A model generated the notes under the pieces. The model made no database searches and was not told the DNA's origin. It worked only from the letters and a program-made list of their open reading frames with translations. From NCBI RefSeq assembly GCF_037042905.1, contig NC_087252.1, positions 20,214,001-20,278,000 of the forward strand: a stretch of 64,000 bases of DNA. Reading direction: 5' to 3'. Below are positions 12,064-22,904 of this stretch, piece by piece. The DNA comes from Lytechinus pictus. Its lineage: Eukaryota. Made by a program: the position numbers and the translations under genes. Within the stretch, counting starts at the first letter, position 1. Every line of letters begins with the position of its first letter.

Positions 12064-13698
12064 AAGGTTTGTCGATATTTCTATAGCGACAGGAGAGATT
12101 CAGCTACATATCTAGCTGTTCCTCTCTATATCGATCGGTATAACCCATGTATATATTTATACAACTGATGAATTCTCATTTTTTGTATCAGTTCCACAAC
12201 TCTGGATGCGAATTTAGTTTCGTACTAAATATGCTCGGTGACCGAGAGATTCAGCTACATTTTTTGTATCAGTTTCTTGAAGGTTTGTCGATATTTCTAT
12301 CATTTTTATCACTTCTGCCTTCTGCGACAGGAGTGATTCAGCTACATATCTAGCTGTTCCTCTCTATATCGATCGGTATAACCCATGTATATATTTATAC
12401 AACCGATGAATTCCCATTTTTTGTATCAGTTCCACAACTCTGGATGCGAATTTAGTTTCGTACTAAATATGCTCGGTGACCGAGATATTCAGCTACATTT
12501 TTTGTATCACTTTCTTGAAGGTTTGTCGATATTTCTATCATTTTTATCACTTCTGCCTTCAGCGACAGGAGTGATTCAGCTACATATCTAGCTGTTCCTC
12601 TCTATATCGATCGGTATAACCCATGTATATATTTATACAACTGATGAATTCTCATTTTTTGTATCAGTTCCACAACTCTGGATGCGAATTTAGTTTCGTA
12701 CTAAATATGCTCGGTGACCGAGAGATTCAGCTACATTTTTTGTATCAGTTTCTTGAAGGTTTGTCGATATTTCTATCATTTTGATCACTTCTGCCTTCTG
12801 CGACAGGAGTGATACAGCTACATATCTAGCTCTTCCTCTCTATATCGATCGGTATAACCCATGTATATATTTATACAACTGATGAATTCTCATTTTTTGT
12901 ATCAGTTCCACAACTCTGGATGCGAATTTAGTTTCGTACTAAATATGCTCGGTGACCGAGAGATTCAGCTACATTTTTTGTATCAGTTTCTTGAAGGTTT
13001 GTCGATATTTCTATAATTTTTATCACTTCTGCCTTCTGCGACAGGAGTGATACAGCTACATATCTAGCTGTTCCTCTCTATATCGATCGGTATAACCCAT
13101 GTATATATTTATACAACTGATGAATTCCCATTTTTTGTATCAGTTCCACAACTCTGGATGCGAATTTAGTTTCGTACTAACTATGCTCGGTGACCGAGAG
13201 ATTCAGCTACATATTCAGCTAAATTCTTTGTATCAGTTTCTTGAAGGTTTTTCGATATTTCTATCATTTTTATCACTTCTGCCTTCTGCGACAGGAGTGA
13301 TTCAGCTACATATCTAGCTGTTCCTCTCTATATCGATCGGTAAAACCCATGTATATATTAATACAACTGATGAATTCCCATTTTTTGTATCAGTTCCACA
13401 ACTCTGGATGCGAATTTAGTTTCGTACTAAATATGCTCGGTGACCGAGAGATTCAGCTACATTTTTTGTATCAGTTTCTTGAAGGTTTGTCGATATTTCT
13501 ATCATTTTTATCACTTCTGCCTTCTGCGACAGGAGTGATTCAGCTACATATCTAGCTGTTCCTCTCTATATCGATCGGTATAACCCATGTATATATTTAT
13601 ACAACCGATGAATTCCCATTTTTTGTATCAGTTCCACAACTCTGGATGCGAATTTAGTTTCGTACTAAATATGCTCGGTGACCGAGATATTCAGCTAC
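12064..13698. repeat. Satellite array with a ~238-bp monomer, ~6.7 copies
   Basis: Equivalent positions at 12147, 12385, ~12623, ~12861, 13099, 13349 (one 250-bp unit) and ~13587. The monomer is built from the same blocks as the 26429-29707 array. Confidence 0.95.
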
Positions 13699-13975
13699 AG
13701 TGTCTGTTTTTTTCTCTTTCTCTATAGCTCGGTTGCAGACACTTTCTTATTTGGTGTCTTTTTTTCTCTTTCTCTATCGCTCGGTTGCTGCTCAAGAATT
13801 AACATGGAAGAACAGTGGTATTTTATTAATACCGCTGAAGTGGGCCATCCTCTATATGATCTGTATGTCTCTATAGGATGTTAATTGAGCATGTATATAT
13901 TTAATTTTTATATGGATATAACAAAGAAACAAACACGGAGTATGCCAGAACTCTGGATGCGAATTTCTTTTCGTA

Positions 13976-14251
13976 CTAAATATGCTCGGTGATCGGGTAA
14001 TCGCCGTCTGGGCGACGTGGATCTTGCGCTTGCTCTCTACGAACTATTCGACGATATATCTTAACAGTCACAGAAATGCGTATGCATGGTCTACACGGTG
14101 TAGATTGCGTTTCTTGATAGAGCTCCTTTGCAAAGTTTGTAGATGTGTCCATTCTCTCTATCTCTTCCTCTAGCTCCATTGGTTCAGGCAAGAGGCTTTG
14201 AGATTCAGCTACGTATACATCTGGATAATCTACATCCATTGGTTCGTCCAT
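13976..14251 (-). CDS. Small intronless acidic orphan protein, 91 aa (paralog of 29690-29950)
   Basis: MDEPMDVDYP...ISVTVK...QDPRRPDGDYPITEHI*. The diverged paralog keeps the same start and stop and an open frame despite several indels. TATA and GC box upstream; AATAAA ~150 nt downstream (plus-strand tttatt at ~13822). Confidence 0.6.
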   Translation of the reverse strand: MDEPMDVDYPDVYVAESQSLLPEPMELEEEIERMDTSTNFAKELYQETQSTPCRPCIRISVTVKIYRRIVRREQAQDPRRPDGDYPITEHI

Positions 14252-14408
14252 CAGGAAGATATGTATATATATATATATATATATATATTTAGTTCAATAG
14301 AGAGCAAGCACGCGTATTCACGTTTACACAACCCAGGCCATATCAGGCTTTCAATATCAGCGTATATATATGTGGCAATCATAATAAACAAGTGAAGGAA
14401 AATCCTCC

Positions 14409-14445
14409 TTTTTATACCTTTCAAAACAGCAAAAGGTGGGCGTGG
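14409..14445 (-). promoter_or_regulatory. TATA box plus GC box upstream of the orphan ORF
   Basis: Minus-strand TATAAAAA at 14409-14416 and GGGCGTGG at 14438-14445. Both are conserved at 30059-30087 in the paralog. Confidence 0.5.
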
Positions 14446-14949
14446 TATAGGGATCATGTGTAGGAGTTTCCGTTTTAGACGAGTTTTTTCGCAGTGTTAT
14501 GATGGTGCCGTGTGCACGTATCAAGTACAAATAAAACTCTTTCGCAATGTCAGCAGAATTCCCCATTGGAAATCCCCACAAAGAACAAAAGAAATAAAAG
14601 ACGATTTGCCGTTGTATGGTTCAACATATCACGATTTCTTTCGAGTTTATTTAACAGAAATTGATAAATATAGAAAATTGATAATTAATATATTAGGGAA
14701 AGGTTAGGTTTGCTTATATTTCAAAAGAGATTAGATTTATGAAAATTAATTAATGTTTAGTTTTCTAAGCATTTTGTATTATTTCTTCTTTTAAAAGGGT
14801 TAAATGGGTGGTAATCATAACAAGCAACATAAATCGAATGTTTTGATATTTTGTGTATTCAGCATCTGCTTGCATGCACATTCATCTCAAAATGTGTATT
14901 TTAGGGGAGTTTCATTGTGTTATCTGGGATTATGGTACTATCGGTTTGG

Positions 14950-15143
14950 TGTAAAAATGGAAGTGGTGAAAATGGCAGGGCTAAAAAAGGCAGAGGTAAA
15001 AATGGCAGTGGTAAAAATGCCAGAGGTATAAATGGCAAGGTAAAAATGGCAGCTGTAAAAATGACCATGATGACAGAGGTAATAATGGCAAAGATAAAAA
15101 CGGCATACGTAAAAGAGGTAAAAATGGCAAAGGTAAAGATTAC
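14950..15143. repeat. 15-bp tandem repeat (GGTAAAAATGGCAGA), probably subterminal repeats of a transposon end
   Basis: About 12 degenerate 15-mers ending GGTAAAGATTACC. A paralogous array lies at 30632-30794. Confidence 0.8.
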
Positions 15144-16949
15144 CTCTCTTAACCCCCCCATGCAATTAATAATTGTAAAAAAGCCCCGACATGTGCATGG
15201 ATATGATAAGAAAATTTTGTCTCGTGAGAAAAGAACTAAAATATCAGTGTTGGACAGATAGAAAGGGTAACATTTTTTAAATCATAGAATAGATAATTCG
15301 TCTGCATTGCTAACACTCAGAGGGTCTGGAGTAATATACGTGTAGAATAAAATGACAATGCAATTAATGCTTTGCAGACGAGTTGGCGTAGTACAATGTA
15401 GTTGGTGGTTTTTGTCAGAAGGGAAAACTCTGGCTCAATGCAAAATTGATTGCGAATGTATCGATCGCACCATGATCAAGCTGGGGAGAAAATTTGGGGC
15501 ATTGACCAACGAGCATGAAAATTTTAGTAAAACAAATTGTATAGTCGTTTACAGTTATTGGTTGGTTAGAAAAGAATGTGCAAGTAAATAGCTTTGATTT
15601 TTTTTCCTTTGTTGAAGTAAGTTGTGGTAATTTACTGACATTGAGTATGAACTTTTATTTTTGATATTTCCCAGATATCGTACTTATATATGTATGTGTG
15701 AACGATCATGCTAATAATACTATTGTTCTTTAGAAAATACTGCAAAATTCATGAAATTAGAAGGTGTGATGTTTCTACTGCGCTTCGAATGGACACACCT
15801 TGAACGTGGGCCGGATCTATAATTAAGAGAGCTTCTGGAAAATGCTATAGAATTGAAAATAGTTTACTGTCATGTTTGAAAACAGATAATTATATCATGC
15901 AATTTTTTTATGCTAATAAAAGTGCAGATATATTACCTGACGTATTTCTGTCATTTACATACTTCTTAATTGTGCCTAATGGCCCGTATTCGGAACTCTT
16001 GTATATTGCGAATTCTGGTCTGAGGTTGCACTTTGACTATGGATAGCCACTTGTGTCACAAATCTCTACCACGTCAGGTTCAATTAACCAGATCATTTTT
16101 CACTCGAGTAATTAATGTCTTAGAATAATGACTAAAATAGTTTTGTTTATCATTAAATCGTGGGGAGGAAGCATAGTAAACACAATATACATGTAAATAC
16201 GATGCAAAGTTTATGCATTTTGGGCTTCCAATAATTAGCACAAAGCTAACCGTGACCTAAGATAAACTGGACTTTGGAACACGGGCCGATGTGTTTGGAT
16301 TGCATGTGAAGAACTGGTATTTTTGCTCCATATTTTCAGAGCTAATTTTTATGGTGATGCATGTTCCAAGGAGACATTTGATGAACTGGTAATCAAGCGA
16401 TACATATGTTATGATAGTGAAATGATCGCAATTCATTCTCTTTTTTATTTGGCCCATGAAAACAGTTGAATTTCCTGTATTAAACACACATACAGCTAAA
16501 TAATAATGGTGTAAAAAAATGTTTTATCGTCTATGCATGAGGATATTGTAGGGTTTGTGTGCGTGTGCGTGGGTGTTTTTTCGCCATGACAAAAACCACA
16601 TACAATCAAGTATTTCGCAACAGCACCAAATTCCCCGTCGGGAATACCCAGAAACAAAAGGAAATAAAAAAAAACAAATGTCGTTACACAGTACGATTTA
16701 TTTCTATAGTTTATTCCATGGATAGTTTTATTAAAAAAAGAAAAAATCGACAATGATTTGACATGAGAGTAGGCATGAAAAATGAGAAAAGGGAGTAAAT
16801 CATGGTTACCAACATGCATTGAATGATGAGATCGGATTCGCCCGCTGAATTCATCCAGCTGAACAGCATCAGACTTTGGGGTCGTTTAGAGGGTATCGTT
16901 CTCTTTTAAGATGAGCGGGAGCAGACAAGGAACGATTGACAGGAACGTC

Positions 16950-18664
16950 TTAGCTTCCTCTCTTAAAATCATTATGTATATTTTGGATGAATTTAAGGTT
17001 TTTTCAGGGCTTTGCATTAATCGAAATAAATCTGAAATTGTGGCACTTGGTTATTATAAAGCACATCCTCCAGACATATCCTTTTCCGGATTAAGATTTT
17101 CTAATGGCCCATTTAGATTATTGGGAGTATATTTTTCACCTGACTCAAAAGACATATTTGAATTGAATTTTATTCCAAAGCTTAATGAAATAAAGAATAT
17201 TTTAAGAGTAAGGAAAATGAGAAATTTAACCCCAATAGGAAAGATAACTATTTTGAAGTCACTCGGCCTTTCTCAAATCATATTTCTATTGTCTGTATTA
17301 CCAAAACCTCCAGAAGATTTTTTGAAAGAATTAGAACATTTAATGTACTCTTTTATTTGGAATGAAAAACCGGATAAAATCAGTCGTCTTACAATTATTG
17401 GAGACTATAGTCAAGGTGGATTAAAAATGTTACATTTACCTTCTGTAATTTCTGGCTTGAAAATAGCATGGGTTAAACGTTATATGTGCACAGAAAATAA
17501 AGGAAAATGGAAATGTTTTTTCGCACACAACTTGGTCACCTTTGGAGGAAAATTGTTTTGGACATGTAATTTAAAATACGATGATCCCAAAATATTACAA
17601 ATAAAAAATCAATTCATTCGAGAAATTTTAATTACTTGGAGTTGTTTAACATTCTTTCCTAATTTATCTGATTTAAATATAAAGAATCAAGTGTTATGGA
17701 ATAACTCATTGATCAAAGTAGATGGGAAAATTACATATTTATATAATTATAAATTATATATATATTTGGCTTAAAAATGGGATCATCAGTATTAAACATT
17801 TAATGGATGAACAAAACAATTTTCTTCCACATACAACTTAAAAAAAAAATACAAAATTAATTGTAATTTTCTTGAATATTATTCATTGATTTCTGCAATA
17901 ATCAATAAATGGAAACATTTTAGTCAACATCTTGTTGAGAGTAGAACAACTCAAGAAGATTTGTTGTATAATTTAAATAATGTTTTTTAAGGCATGCAAG
18001 TTTATCCATAGAATTTCTTTTGATAAAATCTTAAAGTCTCCTACTTCGCAATCAAAATGGGCATCCATTTTAAATGAACCGGTTAATAATTGGAACAGAT
18101 TGTATATGATTCCCTTTAAATGCTGTCTTTCAACAAAACTCCGCTACTTTCAATATAAACTTTTCAATCGGATAATGGGAGTGAACAAACATCTTTACGA
18201 TATTGGCTTGTCTGAATCTAATTTATGTACATTTTGTTCTTCCTCTGTTGAAAGTATTTCACATCTGTTTTGGGACTGCCCTGTAACTCAACAATTTATT
18301 CAAAACTTTCAAACCTCTTATTTGAACAATGACGTGTATTTGAATAAGAATTTATTTTTGTTTGGTTTCCCTGACGCTCAATACTCTTTTGTAAACCGTT
18401 ATATTCTTTACGCTAAATATTTTATTTTTTCAACACGTTGTAAGGGCGATCGGTTGTATTTTAGCTCTTTTAAGAACGTATTGAAACACTACTGTGAAAT
18501 TAAAGAAGGTTCTCAGTCAAAAACATCATAATTTTGTTTTATCATTAGATAATAGTACACATGTATAGTTGTTGTAAACATGTTCGCTTCATGATTTTTG
18601 TTTGTAAATTGAATTGCTTTCGTGTTTGATTTTGAATAAAATCTTTCTATGAAAGAAAAAAAAA
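16950..18664 (+). mobile_element. 5'-truncated L1/Tx1-clade LINE (duplicate of 7064-8778)
   Basis: ORFs 16911..17774 and 17980..18531 carry the same motifs and the same frameshifts. Confidence 0.9.
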
Positions 18665-18942
18665 CCGGTTGGTGAAAAACAAACAAAAAAAGTTTCAGAT
18701 CTGACGAAAAATGGCAAATCTGTCGCTTGACATGTCCAGGACGAAACGGCTGTTTTGATTCACCAATTTTCGACAACATCTTGATGGTTACTCTTTGTTA
18801 TGAAGGGCATTTGACAGTAGATTTTTTAAAAATCTTCTTGGAAGCGTTCTGTTTCGTCTTGTGAAAACTCTTTAATGTTATTTTAGCAGCACGTCGAGAT
18901 TAATTATACCGTATTTTTTATTTGTCAGAGCCCTTGATATCA

Positions 18943-19131
18943 TTTCAAGGACTTGTTCCAGCTGGGTACCCCCTGACCTCGCCTGAGTTGAGTTAAGCAC
19001 AATGTGGGTAAATTCCTTGCCGAAGAAAAACACGCCATTGCTGGGGTTCGACCCCCCCCCCCCCCCCCACTCTAATTGAAAACGAGAGTCGTAACCGCTA
19101 AACCACGACATCCCCACATACCGTAATACCA
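18943..19131 (-). mobile_element. tRNA-derived SINE fragment (duplicate of 9056-9240)
   Basis: Same sequence and the same long flanking direct repeat. Confidence 0.75.
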
Positions 19132-19474
19132 TAATTATACCATATTTTTTATTTGTCAGAGCCCTTGATATCACTATTTATAAATATACATGTATGTCTA
19201 GTTATATATATTTTTATATCATCATTGTAAAACCCTGCACAATTGGCAGAGAAGTAGAATTTCTTCATTTGCACTGGCAACAGACCTGGATAAATGGAAT
19301 TTTCTGCTTTTTTTTGAAATAAAGAAGACTTTTATCTATCTTTCTTAAATTTAGAACAAAAGATTTTGTGAACTCTGAATTTTCTTGAAGTCAACCAAAT
19401 AATAAAAAAACAGGTATTGTACCACTTGCGTAAACTATACCACACTATCGGTTACATATTTATAATCAATTGAA

Positions 19475-19802
19475 TGCCAATTCGTCCAAATGCCAACTCA
19501 TCTGCTTTCATTCGGTCTACCATCAGTTCATCCAATATCCACATGATCTAATTGCCATTTCTTCCACTCCCCAGTTCGTCTAATAACCAGTTGGTCCAAT
19601 ACACATTTAGTCCTTAAACCATGTGGTCTAATTAGATTATGTGTTTATTGGGCGAAATGAATGAAAATAAAACGAATATTAGACCAAGTGGTTATGAGAC
19701 GAGGTGATGATTGAACCAAATGGTTGTTAGACAAAATGTTGATGGACAGAATGGCATTAGACTAAATGAAGGTCAACCATGTGGTGAGTGGACGAATTGG
19801 CA
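19475..19802. mobile_element. Foldback MITE (duplicate of 142-469)
   Basis: Same TIRs as 142-469. Confidence 0.75.
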
Positions 19803-20022
19803 GTTTACCGTGATTACTGACCACTTTAATTCATGTCGCTCCCAACTTGCTATGTTGTATATACTGTTGAGATTATTGAAATGATTTTTATTTCTGCCAT
19901 TTTTATATAATTTCTTATCTGGCTTATTCCACCTCATTCACACTCTCCCTCTGTGCAGTTTATTACTATGTTGATTGAATTTGTTTACTATGCTCTGTAG
20001 AAATGCTGTTTTTATTTGTTTA

Positions 20023-21739
20023 TAAGATAAAAATCGATAATAGAATTATTGATAATGTACAAGAAATTTCCGATCACTTTAATAACTTTTTTGTAGAGAT
20101 TGGCCCAAATTTAGCCAGTAAGATACCAGACAGTAACAAAAGTTTTCATGAATATTTACCTAATCCTAACCCAAATTCTATGTTTTTTGCCCCGGTGGAT
20201 GAAAGTGAAATTCTTGATATAGTTAATAATTTACATAGCAAACGGAGTTGTGGACATGACGGTTTTGATAATGCCATAACGAAAAATATTATTTCTTGTA
20301 TTATTGAACCTTTTACTTATATTTGTAATTTGTCTTTGAGAACTGGTGTTTTTCCAAATAGAATGAAATTAGCCAAGATAATACCGATTTTTAAAAAAGG
20401 TGATCCTCTTTTAATATCAAACTACAGACCCATATCATTATTATCAACTTTTTCAAAAATATTAGAAAAGATAGTTTTTTCACGTACAATTGACTTTTTG
20501 AATAATAACGAAATTCTAACTTGTTGTCAGTTTGGTTTTAGAAAACATCATAATACATCTCATGCTATCTTGTCCCTAATCAACAAAGTAGCTAACTCTT
20601 TTGACAAAGGCTCCCATACGATAGGAATGTTTTTAGATTTTTCTAAAGCGTTCGACACAATAGATCACCAAATTCTTTTATATAAACTGTCACATTATGG
20701 TATTAGAGGTATTGTGTTAGACTGGTTCCGTAATTATTTACACGAACGCCAACAATATGTTAGCATTGAAAATCATGCGTCACAATTGAGAAATATTAAT
20801 TGTGGTGTCCCTCAGGGTTCCATACTTGGCCCGCTGCTTTTCATACTTTATATCAACGACTTTAACAGATCCTCGGACTTATTTTCATTTATTATGTATG
20901 CAGATGATACCAATCTTTTTCTTTCACACTCAAACATAGAAACTCTTTATCAGATAGTCAACTCCGAATTAAACTTTGTGTCAACATGGGTTAAGGCCAA
21001 CAAATTATCCCTAAATCTAGAGAAAACTAATTTCATGCTATTTAGCAACACATTTAATGAACTACCTAATCCAATTCTAATAGATAACATACAAATAAAA
21101 CAGGCAACTACAACAAAATTTTTAGGAACATTCATTGATGACAAACTTTCATGGAAATATCACATTAATAATATATGTAAGGTAATATCTAGAAATGTTG
21201 GAGTAATAAATAAGCTCAAATGGGTATTCCCCCCTAACATTCTGAAATCTTTATATTCAACATTAGTTTTACCCCACTTGAATTACGGAATACTCGCCTG
21301 GGGAAATAGTGCAACATATATGTTAAATAAAGTATTACTCTTACAAAAAAAAGCTATGCGGATCATAAATCAGGTTGATTTTAGACATCATACAGACGGT
21401 CTTTTCCAATCAAACAATACTCTAAAAATTTACGATATTTATCGATTGAATCTTGCGATTCTTATGTATCAGTATAACAACCAAGGGTTACCCTCCATTT
21501 TTAACAACATATTTCGAGTAAATAATGAAATTCACCGTTACCCAACTAGACAAATCAATTTGTATCATCTGCCAAGGACTCGTACAGCATTTACACAAAA
21601 CACTTTTATATTTACTGCCCCCAAATTTTGGAATTCCCTTCCCCTAAATACGAGAGAGAGCTTAAGTATAGGTACATTTAAATTTAAGGTTAAAAAATCA
21701 CTACTTGCCCCCTACTCACAACAAACCTCAATTACTTGA
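20023..21739 (+). CDS. Reverse transcriptase (LINE ORF2, 5'-truncated but uninterrupted)
   Basis: NYRPISLL, QFGFR, LDFSKAFDTIDH, GVPQGSILGPLLF, YADDT and FLGTFID motifs in one open frame. Confidence 0.9.
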
Positions 21740-22320
21740 TAATCATACAGATCCCACCTCCCCCCGACCCCTTTCCCCTACTCGCTCTTTCTTATTTGTC
21801 TTTTCCTTATCGTTTTTCTTGTCCCCCGTCCATTGTTCTGTTTGTTTTGTTTTGTTTTGTTTGTTTGTTTTTTGTTATATCATCCATGACCATGACCATG
21901 CATTTATCTTCCATATGTTCAGCGATTTTCCTACTATTTATGTTCCCTTATTTCGAATGATCATTTACCAAGTTTACATTATATTACGTTATTTACATTA
22001 TTTACGAATTCGAGAGATCAGCGTCCAACAAGCCTAGCTTCTCAGCTGGTCTCTCTTTTCATTTCACCCCTTTCTTTTTTTTTAACATACACAAGAATAC
22101 TCAAGCTTTTAAGAATGTTAAGTTTTATAAAATGAGGATATATAAGTATCGTATTTTGTTCGTATAATTACCAAATCTTTGCAAATGTATAAGGTCGTTA
22201 CTTATGTTCATTTTTGTAATTGTATTTATGTATTTGTATTTATGTATTTTTGACTTGTATGTGAAAAATGGAAAGAAAAGAAATGAAATAAATCAATAAA
22301 ATCTAAAAAAATCTAAAATC
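20023..22320 (+). mobile_element. Young 5'-truncated L2/Crack/CR1-group LINE
   Basis: Absent from the paralogous site at ~10133. TTA is duplicated at the junctions. The 3' UTR has a stem GAGAGATCAGC...GCTGGTCTCTC, and the tail is AAATCT-type repeats. Confidence 0.92.
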
Positions 22321-22904
22321 TTACTATATTGGACATACAATTCTTTGTTTGGGTAAATATCTACATGTTATTAGACTCCTTACTGGAAATAACTTTCTCG
22401 AGCATTATCCTGTCCATGCTTACTCTTACTGCCATCATATCTCGAAGATATTAGGGACTTCTATTTTTTTACATTGAATGCGACTTTAGATGGAGGACAA
22501 TGTGTGTTTCGGTTATCCAGTGTCATTTAAGTCTTTATTGTGAATTTACGTAAATAGCTTTGTATGTTTTCCTTTTATGAGGTAAGTTGGTAATTGAAGC
22601 AGTTGAATTTCCTGTATTAAACGCACATACAGCTAATAATGGCGTAAAAAATGTTTTGTCGTCTAAACATGAAGATATTGTAGGGTGTGTGTTTGTGTGC
22701 GTGGGAGTTTTTTCGCCATATCATGATAGTGACGTGTGCACACCTATTGACAAAAACCACATACAAACAAGAGTTTAAAACGTAAAATGCCGGGGTAAAA
22801 TGAGTAAAGCGAACTGTGTTTTAAATTATCATTCATAATCAACATTTTTACCATTACAGGCCTATCATCATTATCATTGTTATTTTATATCTATGATTAT
22901 TGTT

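Noticed and set aside
12147..13555. Repeated 68-72 aa plus-strand ORFs (MYIFIQLMNSHF..), also at 27300-29228
   Set aside because: These are by-products of the satellite monomer. The meaningful homology is on the minus strand, to the orphan gene.
14901..15261. ORFs with VKMA/KNG repeats (also 30537-30838)
   Set aside because: They are translations of the 15-bp tandem repeat, open in several frames on both strands.
20003..20022. ATG start of the 578-aa RT ORF
   Set aside because: The first codons come from flanking DNA that is also present at the empty paralogous site. The LINE is 5'-truncated and lacks the endonuclease.
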